64,000 nucleotides of DNA from Mobula hypostoma (GCF_963921235.1 NC_086109.1:31250001-31314000); one strand, 5' to 3'; positions 12,157 through 25,158 are shown, counted from the first letter of the stretch. The notes: generated by a model not told the origin, from the letters alone. Numbers and translations are program-made.

Positions 12157-14995
12157 GAATCAGAATCAGAAACATGTTTATTATCACTGACATATGTCAT
12201 GAAATTTGTTGTTTTGTGGCAGCAGTCCAGTGTGAAAGAGGAATCTTGAGGTAGGTTTACAGACCATTCTGAAATATGATGGCAGAGGAGAAAAAACTGT
12301 TCCTAAAACACTATGTTTGCATCTTCAGGCTCCTGTATCTCCTCCCTGATGGTAGTAATGAAATGAGGGCATATCCTGGATGGTGAGGATCATTAATGAT
12401 GGATGCTGCCTTGTTGAGGCATCACCTTTTGAAGGATGTTTTTGGTAATGGAAAGGCTTATGCCATGATGGCGCTGTCTGAATCTACGTCCCACTTGTCA
12501 TCCAGCATGTTGAAGCCTCCCTACCAGGCAGTGATGCAACTGGTCAGAATATTCTCCACAGAACATCCATAGAAATTTGTTGGATGTTTTGGTGTCATAC
12601 CAAATATCTCAAGCTCCTAATGAAGTATAGCTGCTAGCTTGCCTTAGTCTTAGTCATAGTCATACTTTATTGATCCCGGGGGAAATTGGTTTTCATTACA
12701 GTTGCACCATAAATAATTAAATAGTAATAAAATCATAAATAGTTAAATAGCAATATGTAAATTATGCCAGGAAATAAGTCCAGGTCCAGCCTATTGGCTC
12801 AGGGTATCTGACCCTCCAAGGGAGGAGTTGTAAAGTTTGACGGCCACAGGCAGGAATGACTTCCTATGATGCTCTGTGTTGCATCTCGGTGGAGATGATT
12901 AATGATTGCATCATTATGTTCGGCCTGGGATAGATCCTCTGAGATGTTGATGCCCAAGAGCTTGAAGCTACACACCATTTCTACCACTGACCCCTCAGTG
13001 AGGACTATTTTTTGTTCTGGTGACTTCCCTTTCCCAAAGTCCACAATCAATTCCTTGGTCTTGCTGGCACTGAGTACAAGGTTGTAGTTGTGGCACCACT
13101 CAGCCAGTTGATCTATCTCACTTTGATATACCTCTTTGTTGCCATCGGGGATTCTGCCAATAACAGTGGTGTCATCAACAAATTTATAGATGGCATTTGA
13201 GCTGTGCCGAGACACATAGTCATGAGTGTAGAGCGAGTAGGGCTAAGTACACATCCTTGAAGTGTGCCTTTGTTGATTGTCAGTGAGGAGAAGATGTTAT
13301 TACCAATCTGCACCGACCGCGGTCTCCTGGTAAGGAAGTCAAGGATCCAGATGCAGAGGGAGGTAACGAAAGCACAGGTTTTGAAGTTTGCTGATTAGTA
13401 CTGAGGGGATGTTGGTGTTGAACATGATGTAGATTCTGCTGCTGTCCAGAAGATCTAAGTCCAAATGGAATGCCAGTAAGATTGTGTCTGCTGTAGACCT
13501 ACTGTGGTGCTAGGCAAATTGCAGTCGGTCCAGTTCCTCTCTCAGGGAGGAGTTAATTCTAGTCATGATAAACCTCTCAAAGCACTTCATTACAGTATAT
13601 GTGGTTGCTACCAGGTGATATCTATTGAGGCAGCCCACCTAGCTCTTCTTGGGCCATGGTATGATTGATGCCCTTTTAAAGCAGGTGGAAAATTCTGACT
13701 GCAGCAGCAAAAGGTAGAAGATGTTCTTGAAGACTCCAAACAGTTGGTTGGGACAAGTTGTCAGAGCCCTACCAGGTACACCATCAGAACTGACGCCTTG
13801 TGAAGGTTTACTCTCTTGAAGGATGTTCTGATGTCAGCCTCTGAGAAAGAGATCAGAGGGATGCCAGATGCTGTGAACATTGAGAGGTGTAGTTTTATTC
13901 TCCCTTTGAAAGTGTGCATAAAAAGGTGTTGAACTCGTGGGGTACTGAAGCATCACAGCCATTTGTATTGTGAGATTTCACCTCATGGGAAACAAGGTAA
14001 AGCCTGTTACAGCTGTTTTGCATCTGATTCTGTCTTTAACTTCGTATAAAATTGCCTTTTTGCTTTTATGATGGCCGTACAACATAAGAAATAGGATCAG
14101 GAGTAGGCCACCTGGCCTATCAAGCCTGCTCAGCCATTCAGTAAGATCATGGCTGGTCGGGCCATGGACTCATCTCTACCTACCAGCCTTTTCCCCATAA
14201 TCCTTAATTCCCCTACTATGCAAAAATCTACCCAACCTTGTCTTAAATATATTTACTAAGGTAGCCTAATGGCCTTGTGTAGGTTGTAACTGGACTTCTT
14301 GTAGGGTTCTGGATCACTCGTCTTGAATGCCACTTACCTAGCCCTGAACAGACTGCAAATCTCCTCGTTCATCTATGGCTTCTAGTTCGGGTATGTCCAG
14401 TACCTTCTCAAAGGCATGCACTCATCCACACAGGTCTAAAGGAGGTCAGTGACAACTGTTATATGTTCATTCAAATCCGAGGATGAATTCCTCAATATGG
14501 TCTAGTCCACCAATTTAAAGCAAAAATGTAAATGTTTCTCCACCTCCCTTGATCATACCTTCATGGCCCTCACCAAAGGTGCTGTGATCTTCAGCCCCTA
14601 CCTATATGCTGGGAGTAGAAGTACAGCCGGATGATCAGATTTGCCAAAGTATGGAAATGGAATGGCACAGTAAGCATTTTTGATGGCAGTACAGCAGTGA
14701 TCCAGTGTGTTGGCTCCTCTGTTTCCGCAGGAGACATTTTGGAGGTAGATTGTCACAGACTCCTTCAAGTTGGCCTGGTAGATATCCCCTGCAATGATTA
14801 AGTAGGCATCAAGGTTGATTACTGTTGAATATTATAATATTATTACTGTTGAATATCTCATTACTGTTGATCACGGTGCTCAGTTCTTCCAGTGATCTAT
14901 TAACATTTGGCAGAGGTGGAATGGACGCTGCAACCAGGAAGATGGCAGAGAGCCCCCTCAGCAGACAGGATGGATGACATTTGACCAGAAAAAGT
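12157..14995 (-). mobile_element. Rex1/Babar-type LINE, decayed ORF (endonuclease end to RT), with nested fragments
   Basis: (CTGATT)n tail; [44 protein letters not shown]; nested LINE tail ~12644-12895; nested CR1 3'UTR ~14081-14268. Confidence 0.85.
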
Positions 14996-15254
14996 TTCCA
15001 GGTCAGGGGGAGAAAAAGAGAAAAAGAGTAAAAGAGTCTAACCTAACAAGTGGTGGAATTAACAAATCTGGAAGTGAATGATGCATAAATAGAGTTCAGC
15101 AGCACATGACCTGAAGTGGGTGTAGAGTTGGAATCAGCCATTTTGGTGAAGGCATTGATGCTCTGACAAAGCTCATCTCCAAAATCAAAAATAACAGGAG
15201 GTTTATGATCACTACTAGATAGACACCAGGGAATAGAATTGGTGTGCAGATATC

Positions 15255-16085
15255 TCCACCCCTCTCCACTTTCCACAGGGATCGGTCCCTCCGCAACTCC
15301 CTTATCCACACGTCTATCCCCACTGATCTCCCACCCGGCACTTATCCCTGTAAGCATAAATGCTACACCTGTCCCTACACCTCATCTCTTGCAACCATTC
15401 AGGGCCCCAAACAGTCCTTCTAGGTGAGACAACACTTCACTTGTGAGTCTGTTGGGGTCATCGATTGCATCCGGTGCTCCCTCCTCTACATCGGTGAAAC
15501 CCGACGCAGATTGGGGGACCGCTTCGTCGAGCACCTCCACTCCATCCGCCACAACAGACAGGATCTCCCGGTAGCCACCCACTTCAACTCTGCTTCCTAT
15601 TCCCATTCAGATATGTCCATACCTGGCCTCCTCTACTGCCATGATGAGGCTAAATTCAGGTTGGTCGAGCAACACCTCATATACCGTCTAGGTAGTCTCC
15701 AGCTCCTTGGTATGAACATAGAATTCTGCAGCTTCCGGTAATTCCCTCCCCCTCCCTTCTGCTATCCCTATTTCACTCCACCCCCTCCCCCAGCTCCCTC
15801 ATGGTTCCGCCTCCTTCTTCTACTACCCATTGTTTTCAGTGCTATGACGTCATTGCTTCCCCTCCCCCACCTCTTTGTCTTTCAAATTACTGGTCTATCA
15901 ACTGAAGCTACAAGCATTCTTCAAATCCTTCCCCACCTTTCATTCTTCAGTCCTGACGAAGGGTTCCGGCCCAAAACGTCAACTCATCGTTTCTGACTGA
16001 TGCTGCCGGACCTGCTTAGTTCATCCACCGTACTGAAAGTGTTGCTTTGATCTTTTACAGCACCTACAGGTTATTTTGTGCTTAA
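15255..16085 (+). mobile_element. Penelope-like element 3' end: GIY-YIG endonuclease, terminal repeat, hammerhead motif 15949-15984
   Basis: ORF 15424-15741 HFTCESVGVIDCIRCSLLYIGETRRRLGDRFVEH. Confidence 0.9.
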
Positions 16086-16286
16086 AATCTATTGTCTGGC
16101 CACTTTGTACTGAAAATGCTATTGGTCACATCAGCTTATGCCTGAATGTTGTTTAAATTTTGCAGCATGCAGGTATGATATTCTACTTTTGCTGAGAGTG
16201 TGTGAATAGAACTGAGCACCATATAATCATCAGTGTACTTCCACAATTGGAAGGAAGGTTAATGGTGAGATAGCAGGTAATGTCGA

Positions 16287-16476
16287 GGGGTGTATGGGGT
16301 GTCAGAGAGGGGTAGCACCTCTGGTGGGGGAACATGTCACGTCCTTTTCAGGGCGGTTAGTCCCCCTTTGGTCCCCACCTGGCACTCAGCTGTCACCTGT
16401 GGCTCCTCGTAGCTGTTTGCATGAGACAACGGCCACACCCCGGGCAACGGCTTCAACAAGCCCGCTAAACCAGGCG
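16287..16476 (+). ncRNA. Candidate HDV-like self-cleaving ribozyme
   Basis: P1 GGGGTGT (16287-93 or 16296-302)/ACACCCC (16435-41); P3 GGC (16401-03)/GCC (16432-34); L3 starts TCC, with P1.1 partner GG (16442-43); GCAAC; P4 GGCTT-CAAC-AAGCC (16449-62); J4/2 GCTAA containing C16465; imperfect P2 CACCTGT (16394-400)/ACCAGGCG (16469-76). Confidence 0.65.
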
Positions 16477-16840
16477 AGGGTAGCCAATGGGTCTCAAACC
16501 CTTGGTGAGATAGGGGGATATCTATCCCAGCACGTGAAGACAGACTTCGGCGGATTGAGCGGACAAGACCCATGGAAGGTCCAGCGGTCAAGAAGGCTGT
16601 CTCTGCAAGCATCGTGGAATGTGTAGAACATGACAAGACACAGAAGATGTCCTGGTCATCCACTGCATCTCGTCCCATCTCCAGCCGTCTTGACTCTGTC
16701 TTGCCACTGGATCCAGATGGAAATTAGGAAGAGAGAGTGAGGCTGACGCTGCGCAACTCTCCCTCACTTAAATCCAAATCATGTGTTAGTCTCGACACCA
16801 TCAATGGTGTCGAGGTCTTCATCGACGACGACGATAGACA
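16287..16840 (+). mobile_element. Non-coding RTE-type non-autonomous retroelement
   Basis: GC- and CpG-rich 550 bp unit; perfect 3' stem-loop CTCGACACCA-TCAA-TGGTGTCGAG (16791-16814); (GAC)n tail; CCTCACTTAAATCCAA motif recalled from RTE-dependent elements. Confidence 0.65.
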
Positions 16841-18664
16841 AACAATGAACAATGCCATGGGCAATATTCCATACTTCCATACTGTCAGGTAAGGCCCACA
16901 TTGGAGTATCATTGGGTAGAAGTACAACTGTTTCTGAAGTGTAGGTGTTTATTACTGCAGACGGGATACTGTTGATTCTTATACCCCATGCTGTATTTGG
17001 CATTCTCAAATATTTCTTGATCGCAGGTGGAGTGCATTGAATTAGTTGAAGAGTGCCTTCTGTGTTGGTGGCTACTGCAGAAGAACAAGATGATTTCAGA
17101 GTGACCCACTTGTTGACTCCCAGATGGTCATGGCTGTCAGTGTGTTAACTGGGCTCTACCAGTGCTGAACTGCTGAGGATGAGGTTGTCTCTCCTTCCCC
17201 CATTTGCTGCTCAGTTATCCATCACAGATGAAATACCGCAACAGTTTCTGATCCACGAAGGAAGATTAAAAAGTAACTAATGTGACTTAAGGCATTAATA
17301 ACTGCTACGGAAACTTTGGAGTAATAATTTTTCTCTTTTGCTCCTGCCAAGCCTTCAAGCACGTAGATAATGAATGTGTATTGGCATGCTCCTGAAAATT
17401 TCAATGCTTAGTCAAGGATTTAATGGCTGCCATGCATTAAGAAACCACGAAGTGAGAGTAATTTTGTGCATTGAGTGGGGTGATGAATTGCATCAATATG
17501 ACATTTCTCATTAGTTTGACTTTCTTCCAGACAGCTTAGAACTAGTTACATAAAATGGTTAATTACATGATTTCAGGTTTGACATCGATTAGAGAAATGA
17601 GTGCAGTTGAGAACCTAGGTAAACATTATTTATTCAGTGTGTGTTTGATAAATGCCGCTGGTAAGAAGAACTCTCACACATCAGAGTAATATGAAATATA
17701 GCTCAAAAGGATAATGGCTGGAACACAACTTTTTCCATAAAGATTATTGACTTAAATCTACCCATTTCATGTATTTTACACTGATCAAAGATCGGCACTG
17801 TGGATATTAAGCAGGTGAATACCATTTACTGAAAGGGCACTCAGTGCTCGGCAAGATATACTCTTTTGATTACGGAATACATCTTGCACATAAACAGTGG
17901 AACTAGATCTTAAGTGCAAGATATTAAGAACTAGATCTTAATTGGAGCAAGAAAGTTGTGATCAATTTTAAACTTGGCCTTCTGGAAAATAGGAGCTCAA
18001 TATTAACTGAGGAGGAAGATAAGACCTGGCTTAGCCCACGAAATTCAAATCAGTGCTAATAATGACCCGCATTAAAATAATGGTCCGAAACTTTTTATGA
18101 AATAGTGATAGTTTCGTACAAATCTCCCAGGATTTCACACCATCCCCTGTCCCCACTCATTCGCCAGCAGATACCAAGAGACATGGGACTACCATATGAA
18201 CACAGACTTGCTCATCATCAAACGGTTTGCTCTCCAACTTTGAACTACTTAGGAATAATCAAAACTCAGAAATGTGGGAAATCTGACCGGTGAACTTTGC
18301 AGGGCAGGTTGAGTCCATTCACTTGAATGAATATGGATGGCGATGAGGAGAAAAGATTTTCATTTTAAGGAATAAAATAATTTACGTCAATTTAACTTGT
18401 TCACTGTGCTTTTTTGAGTTGTTTAAATGTGCTTTCAAGTGACTTAACATTTTTAAAGTTTATAAATGGTTTTTCAAATTTCTGGAGCAATCAAATGCAT
18501 TTAAAGCCCTTGGTAGCTTTTTGAACCCGGAATAGACATATCAATAAGATGACATCAAAAGATCTGGAATGTGAATTTGTAGGTGTTATGCAGATCTGAT
18601 ACAATTACAGGAGAGCTATCTGATTTTAATGACCATGCTTTTATTGAATAAAATTTTCAAGCTA

Positions 18665-18905
18665 TTACTTTACTTTATTGTCCCCAAACAATTGATACTA
18701 GAACGTACAATCATCACAGCGATATTTGATTCTGCGCTTCCCGCTCCCTGGATTACAAATATTAAATATTAAAAATATTTTAAAAATAGTAAAAATTTGT
18801 AAATATTAAAACATTAAATTATAAATCATAATTAGAAAATAGAAAAATAGAAAGTAAGGTAGTGCAAAAAAACCAAGAGGCAGGTCCAGATATTTGGAGG
18901 GTACA
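18665..18905 (-). repeat. LINE 3'UTR fragment
   Basis: TTACTTTACTTTATTG is the reverse complement of an AATAAA plus (AAAGT)n tail; sharp boundaries. Confidence 0.45.
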
Positions 18906-19952
18906 GCAAATATGAGGTGTTAAGATGTTCGCCAACTGGTAAAGGGCCAGGAGAGGAATGAATGGAAAGTATGAACTATTCCTCAATGGAAATATGCCAG
19001 CAGGGAGAACTGAGAGAGGAGGGAACTGATTAGAGAGGTGACAAATCAGCAAGATTATATTTCTGTGTTATTGGTACTAATGCTAATTTATTTGTCCAAC
19101 ACAAACAAATAAATAAAAATTATCATCATGTTTTCCCAGCAAATTCCAGCAGATGCAACATCACTCTGCCTTCATCTCTATTGGTGGAACAAGAGAAGGC
19201 TATGTTTCACCTTTTGAAAGTCGAAAGTTACATCAAAGGTGCAAACGTTTCCTTCTGTTTCCTGAAAAGTCAAACTCCCACCACCCCAATTAGAGAACAC
19301 CTAAAAGTTACTGTGGGACCCTGAAGCAAAAATTCAGTGGCAAACATCTCTAATTTTAAGTCCACCACTGCCTATCCATTACTGAATAATAGCATCAGTG
19401 TACAAGATAATGCTTCCAATATCACAGAATGTATCAAATGAAAACAATTTAGGAAACTGTAAAATCATGATGGTTGCCATTTATCATAACATTTTAAATA
19501 TTATAAGGCACTTGCAGTTTTTAAAATGCACTTCCTTTCTTTAAAAATAACCATCTTTCATTCATTTCATCTGTGGGATATCTTTGCTTCCTTTGCATAT
19601 TTACCAAAGGTTAATTTGTCAGTATGTGGCATAGAGAAGTGTAGGCAATCTGGACTTAGACTGGTGATGTTCTCCTGATCTTAACACTTCTCATCCTGTG
19701 TTAGTCTACCATAAGGTATTTCTGTTCATAAATATTTAGGTGCTGTGATTTTAACACATTTACAATGCTGTCATCCTGAATAAACTGTGAGATGTTTCCT
19801 TGATTGTTGAAAATATGTAGAGCTCCAGAAGCTTTTAAATGAATGACATTAAAACAATTCGTGCCAGTGTTGAATTATTGCAATCAAGCAGAAGTCTAGC
19901 AGGAAATAAACAATTCTTAATTCCTCCAAAGACAAATCTGGATTTCCTGTAC

Positions 19953-20012
<60 letters not shown>
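19953..20012. repeat. Compound (AT)n(GT)n microsatellite
   Basis: Seen directly. Confidence 0.98.
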
Positions 20013-20013
<1 letters not shown>

Positions 20014-20431
20014 AAATCACACTGTCGAATATTCATAGGAAATAATTATTCTTCTGCTTTAAAGGAGCAGTCTTATTAGAGAACTCTCACAAATTGATAC
20101 AATAGCAATTTCACCAAAATGAAGAAACCCTAACTGTTATCTTCATCCTTACTGTGTCATCTGTTATCCACGAGCAGAAAATATAAACAAAGAACAACAC
20201 ATTAGGGTACCATTTTAGCTATTGTACATTTAGTAACATGAAGATGCCTGTTTACATGCCATCATTACAATTTTCATACTAACAACTGTAATTTAGTCTT
20301 GGATTTCTGAGTAAATCACATGTTTATCAGATCAATGCTGGGAAATATACATTTTGTATCAGTGTTAACACTTATCAAGGATGATTATATTTTTCTGTAG
20401 AAAATTTCTGTTTTGAAGGATCAACACAATT

Positions 20432-20925
20432 TAAGACATAACAACATAATAAAAGCCTTTTGGCCCACGATGTTGTGTCAACAGTTTAAACCACTCTGAG
20501 ATCAATCAAACCTTTTCCTCCTCCATTACCCTCTATTTTTCTATTATCCCTGTGCCTATCTAAGAGGTTCTTAAATGCCTTCGTGTATTTACCTCTACGA
20601 CTGGCAGGAAAATCCATTCATGCACTATGCCACTTACCTCTGACATCTCCCCTATATTTTCCTTCAATCAACTTAAAATTATGCTCATTTGTAATAGTCA
20701 TTTTCTATCCTGGGAAGAAGTCTCTGGCTATCTAGTCTATCTGCACCTCTTATCATCGTATACACCTCTATCAGGTCAACTCTTCAACCTACACACATAA
20801 GACATTTCTTCTAGTCTAGGCAGCATTCTGGTGAGTCTTCTCTGTACCCATTCTAAAGCTTCCATATCCTTCCTTTAATGAAGCAACTAGAACTGAACAC
20901 AATATTGCAATTGTGGTGTAAGCAA
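20432..20925 (-). mobile_element. Old CR1 3' fragment
   Basis: AGAACTGAACACAATATTGCAA is the reverse complement of a LEYCVQFW-like motif; CR1-type 3'UTR. Confidence 0.65.
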
Positions 20926-21265
20926 GGTGTATTTTTTTATTAAATTGTAAATGGAAAGATTTATGCATCCTATGCACAACTTAATCAAGTTTTTTTGCAA
21001 AAATTATATTCACCAGCATATATTATGGCATCTCCAGTAAATAATTTAGGACTTTTCAAACTCACTTCATTGGGGAATGGAACTCTATTCAGAGTAAAGG
21101 TAACTGCAGACATAAAAGTGAGGATCTTCAACCCCCAGAGACCCACTTTTAAGAAGAAAACCCGATTTTGTTCCAGTAGAACTATAAAAAGTCAGTAGTT
21201 AATTTGCCTTCTCTGACAAAATGGCTTGATCACTGAAATATTTAAAGGAAGCTGCTTCGCTCCAC

Positions 21266-21485
21266 AATCAGAATCAGGTTTATTATCATATACTGTGAAA
21301 TTTGCTGTTTTGCAGCAGCAGAATTGTGCAAATGCATAAAATTGCTATAGGTTACAATAATAAATAAACAGTGCAAAAATAACAAAATAGTGTTCATACA
21401 TTAGGTTCATGGACCATTCAGAACCCTGATGGCACAGTGGAAGAAGCTGTTTTTGAATCTCTGCATGTGGGTCTCCAGTTCCTGC
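21266..21485 (-). repeat. Rex1-type LINE 3' tail; similar copy at ~47167-47405
   Basis: AATCAGAATCAGGTTTATT tail and a GAAGAAGCTGTT motif shared with 12157-12330. Confidence 0.6.
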
Positions 21486-21819
21486 AGGTTAAGCTTTGTG
21501 GCAGATGAGCAGTGGCATTCTGGTTAGTATTTTTGTATTTCATGCCACCAAGATAGCCTTTCTTCTGATCATAACTTTACAATCCAAGGTTCAAATTCCC
21601 CACAAACCATCCAGATACTTTCTCACCTAACAGAAAATCAGCTTATTTATTGGTGTGCTTACAGGCATGAAATGTGCAAAAATATGTGAACATTTTTTCT
21701 GTTAAATTTAGCACAACCCACAGGAAATCTAAACAGCATCTCTAAATCCATGTGTGCTATTCTCTTCTCACCTCAAAGGTCAAAGAATAAGTCAACTGCC
21801 AAATGCAAGGAGCTCACTT

Positions 21820-23040
21820 TGTCGTAAGGGCTGGCATGGCAGACCCAAATGCAAGACATACATACTAGGAACAGGACTAGGAACAGGACTTGATTACAGA
21901 GCTGGGACAAGAATACAGCCTTGGGCTAGGACATTGGCTAGGCAAGCTGGACCAGGACAAGGAACTTGGAACTAGGAGCTTTGGCTTGGACACCGAGCCA
22001 GAGACTGGACAAGGACATGAACCTAGGTCTTGACTCAGGCTCAGACCCCGGAACTAGGCGAGGACATGACGTGGTCTTTGGAGACAGGACTAGGTGAGGC
22101 TACGGGACAGAATGAGAGACTCCTGGGCAGGACAAGAGAACTCCAGCACAGGACGAAGCACATGGACAGGATGAGAACACGAAACCTTGACTTGGTACTC
22201 AGGAACAGCCAAGCCTTGGACTTGGGACGACAGGAACGTAGAACACAGAGCCTTGGTCTTGGGGAGGACAGGAGCACAAAGCCTTGGTCTAGAGTGCAGA
22301 AACACTCAGCCTTGGACTTGAGAGACAGGAACACAGGGATATGGAACACAGAGCTGGGACCTCTCCTTGGGAGCAAGACTTAGGGCCGGGACTCTTACAT
22401 GGAACACAGAGCCAGGAACAGGACTTGGGGCCGGAGCTCTGCACAGAATGCTGAACACGACAAGATGGTTCCCAACATTAGGTAGCGGCAAACGGCCAGA
22501 CCTACCTAACGAAGGTGTGGACACAGAGACAGTTCAAAACAACGATAGATAGTTCCTTATCTAGATACAGCAAGGCTCCAGTCTTGCTCCGGCAGTAGAA
22601 CTTGACAGCAATACAGGCGATGACACAGGTGAGGTTGCAGGCAATGCTTCAGTCAGAGGTTGCAGGCAAGGCTTCAGGCAGGGGTTGCCGGCAAGGCTTC
22701 AGGAGGAAGGTGAAGGGAAGGGAACAGTCCAGCCTCAGGGTAACAGCAAAGACGGCCTGGCCCACCCAACAGAGGCAAGGACAGGAAGGGACAGATCCAA
22801 CCACAGGGTAATGGCAAAGACAGCCTGACTTATCCCACAGAGGCAAAGACAGGATACTGACAAGACGAACCAGCACCCACGCTCGAACCCAGATCCACTC
22901 ATATTCCCAGCCCCAAGACAAGCATCAGGTGTCTATGACTAAGCCCAACTGAAACAAGGGAGAGCCGGAAGCCCCGGAGTCTGGACTCCACAGACCAGAA
23001 CGTGAACTGGAACGCAGACTTCACCGACCAGATCATGACA
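21820..23040. mobile_element. Solo-LTR-like element (1221 bp) with degenerate internal tandem repeats
   Basis: Termini TGTCGT...ATGACA; flanks CACTT (21815-19) and CTCTT (23041-45) form a 5-bp TSD with one mismatch; repeated GGAAC/ACAG/GCCTTGG units. Confidence 0.7.
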
Positions 23041-23045
23041 CTCTT

Positions 23046-23977
23046 ATGATTGAGTTTTTCCTCAAAGTTGACAAGAGCTTGGGAAATAAGACTGAACTTC
23101 TATGTGGAGAAGTGGCATACCTAGCTGATCTGTATGACAAAATGAACATTCTAAAAATGAAACTGCTGGGTGAGAATTTCAATTTAATCCAGGCAAAAAA
23201 GTGCAGTGTCCACTTTTATCAGAAAATTGGAAATATACAAGCAAATCATTACGAGAAGGATGTTCTCACAGTTACCCTGCATGGAAAGTATGGCACTCTC
23301 TTTCATAGACAGTGATTTCCAAGAGTACTGCTTACACCTGCAGTCATTGGAGAAGAATTTTTAGAATTAATTCAAGGATTTGAACAATCACAAAATTCCA
23401 GACTAGATAACTAACCCATTTCTTTGCAAGATGGAAGAACAGGAAGAGAGCCTGCATGAAGAAATTATCAAAATTCAGAATGATGAAGGAGCAATAATGC
23501 TTTTCAAAAATGTTTTTTTGTCGTATGTGGCCACTTTGCCATACCAAGTTTCCTGGTCTTTGGAGAAGAGCCAAACTGCTCTTCATTGCATTTCCATCCT
23601 CCTACCTTGTTGACAGAGGTTTCAGTGCAATGAACCATATATTACAAAAAAGCAGAAGCCACTTGGACATTGTTATGGGTGGGGGGTCAAAGGCTTTTCC
23701 TGTCACAACTTCAACTTCATATTTCAACTCTTACTAAAACTATCAAGCTCAAGGATCACATTGATATTGAAGCTGCTGTACAATGCACAGGTGCTGTGCA
23801 AGCTAGGTTTAAAGACATAAAATTTTAAAGCAGAATCACTTTTCTCATGTTAGCATATATTAGATATGTTTTTACACTATGGGGGTGCCAGTGAGTATAT
23901 TGTGACTAAAAGGGGCTTTGGCAAGCATGAAAGTGCTGTAGGGGAGAGTTGGGCTAAAAAAAGGTTGGAAAACACTG
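23046..23977 (+). mobile_element. hAT (Charlie/Buster-type) transposon 3' remnant
   Basis: VAYLADLYDKMNILKMKLLGEN; LFIAFPSSYLVDRGFSAM (dimerisation motif); TIR AAGGTTGGAAAACACTG followed by TTCTAGAG. Confidence 0.85.
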
Positions 23978-24357
23978 TTCTAGAGCATATGATGTAACAT
24001 ATTGGGTGTAACAAAAATGTAGGAAAAACAGTGCAGTTGGAATAACTTCCAGAATTTTGGCAGCACGTTATGCAGAATTGGAGAGTGCAATTGTCACTTG
24101 TTGTGAGGTAACATCAATAGAAATAAATTTTGATATTTTTATGATTATACTGAGGTAAGTTTTTTAACTTGCCTTAAGTTGTAGCTCAGTTGTATATGTT
24201 CTGCTTCAGGTCTAAAGGTAGATGTAACAGTTCACACAACCATGAGAGAAGAATTTATTATATGCATTATACACATCTGCTGGAACTTACCAGGGTGAGT
24301 CATTGAAGCAGAGCTAGATGGGTGCTCTGTGGGCATTGGAAAAATGACACTGGCAAT

Positions 24358-24661
24358 GCGACAGCATGGCAGTGTAGCAGATCACACAATTTTACCGTGC
24401 CAGCGATAACCAATTGGGGGTTGATTCCCGCCACTTTATCTCCCCATGACCATGTGAGTTTCCTCTGTGTGCTCTGGCTCCCTCTCTCATTCCAAAGATT
24501 TACAATTAGGGCTAGTGGGTGTGCTAGGTTGGTGCTGGAAGCATGGCAATACTTGTGTACTGCTCCAGCACAATCCTCAGTCTGTGTTGGTTGTGGAAAA
24601 AAAAATGATACATTTCACTCTATGTTATGATGTGTATGTGACAAATAAAGCTAATCTTTAA
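24358..24661 (+). repeat. tRNA-derived V-SINE (HE1-like), decayed
   Basis: B-box-like GGTTGATTCCC; V-domain-like GAGTTTCCTCTGTGTGCTCTGGCTCCCTCTCTCATTCCAAAGA; AATAAA tail. Confidence 0.7.
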
Positions 24662-24964
24662 CTAGACCCATTTAAAAAGGTTGGAAAATGAGAAAAGGAC
24701 AATTTTGCATGTAGAGCAGTTCAAAGTTCAAAGTAAAGTAGATATATGTCAGCATATACTACCCTGAGATTAATTTTCTTATGGGCATTCACAGTTGGGG
24801 TGAATAGCCTGTTTTGCTGCATCAATATTTATCTATCACTATATAATTGTACCACAATAGACGAACACTGAAGTGACATGCATTTTTCTACCAGGGTGGT
24901 TAATCAAGGAAGATCAGCACTATTTTCAAAATGTCCTGGGAAGTTACAAAGATTACCAACTCAT

Positions 24965-25158
24965 CACAAACAAGGGAAACTCTGCAGATGCTGGAAATCC
25001 AAGCAACACACACAAAATGCTTGAGGAAATCAGCAGGTCAGGCAGCAACAATGGAAAAGAGAACGTTCGAGGTTTCGGGCCGAGACTCTTCATCAGGGCT
25101 GGAGAGAGATGAGGAGTCAAAGATAGAGGGTGGGGGAAGGGAGGGAGAAACACAAGGT
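24965..25158 (-). repeat. Penelope terminal-repeat fragment with hammerhead motif
   Basis: Reverse complement reads CCTGATGAAGAGTCTCGGCCCGAAACCTCGAAC. Confidence 0.75.

Noticed and set aside
14819..14870. Short local duplications (TTACTGTTGA x3; also GAACTAGATCTTAA x2 near 17900 and CTATCGAAGATGA x2 near 59990)
   Set aside because: Typical slippage or repair scars with no further structure
21860..22860. CRISPR-like or protein-coding repeat array
   Set aside because: Repeats are degenerate, lack unique spacers and lie in a eukaryotic LTR-like unit; no cas genes
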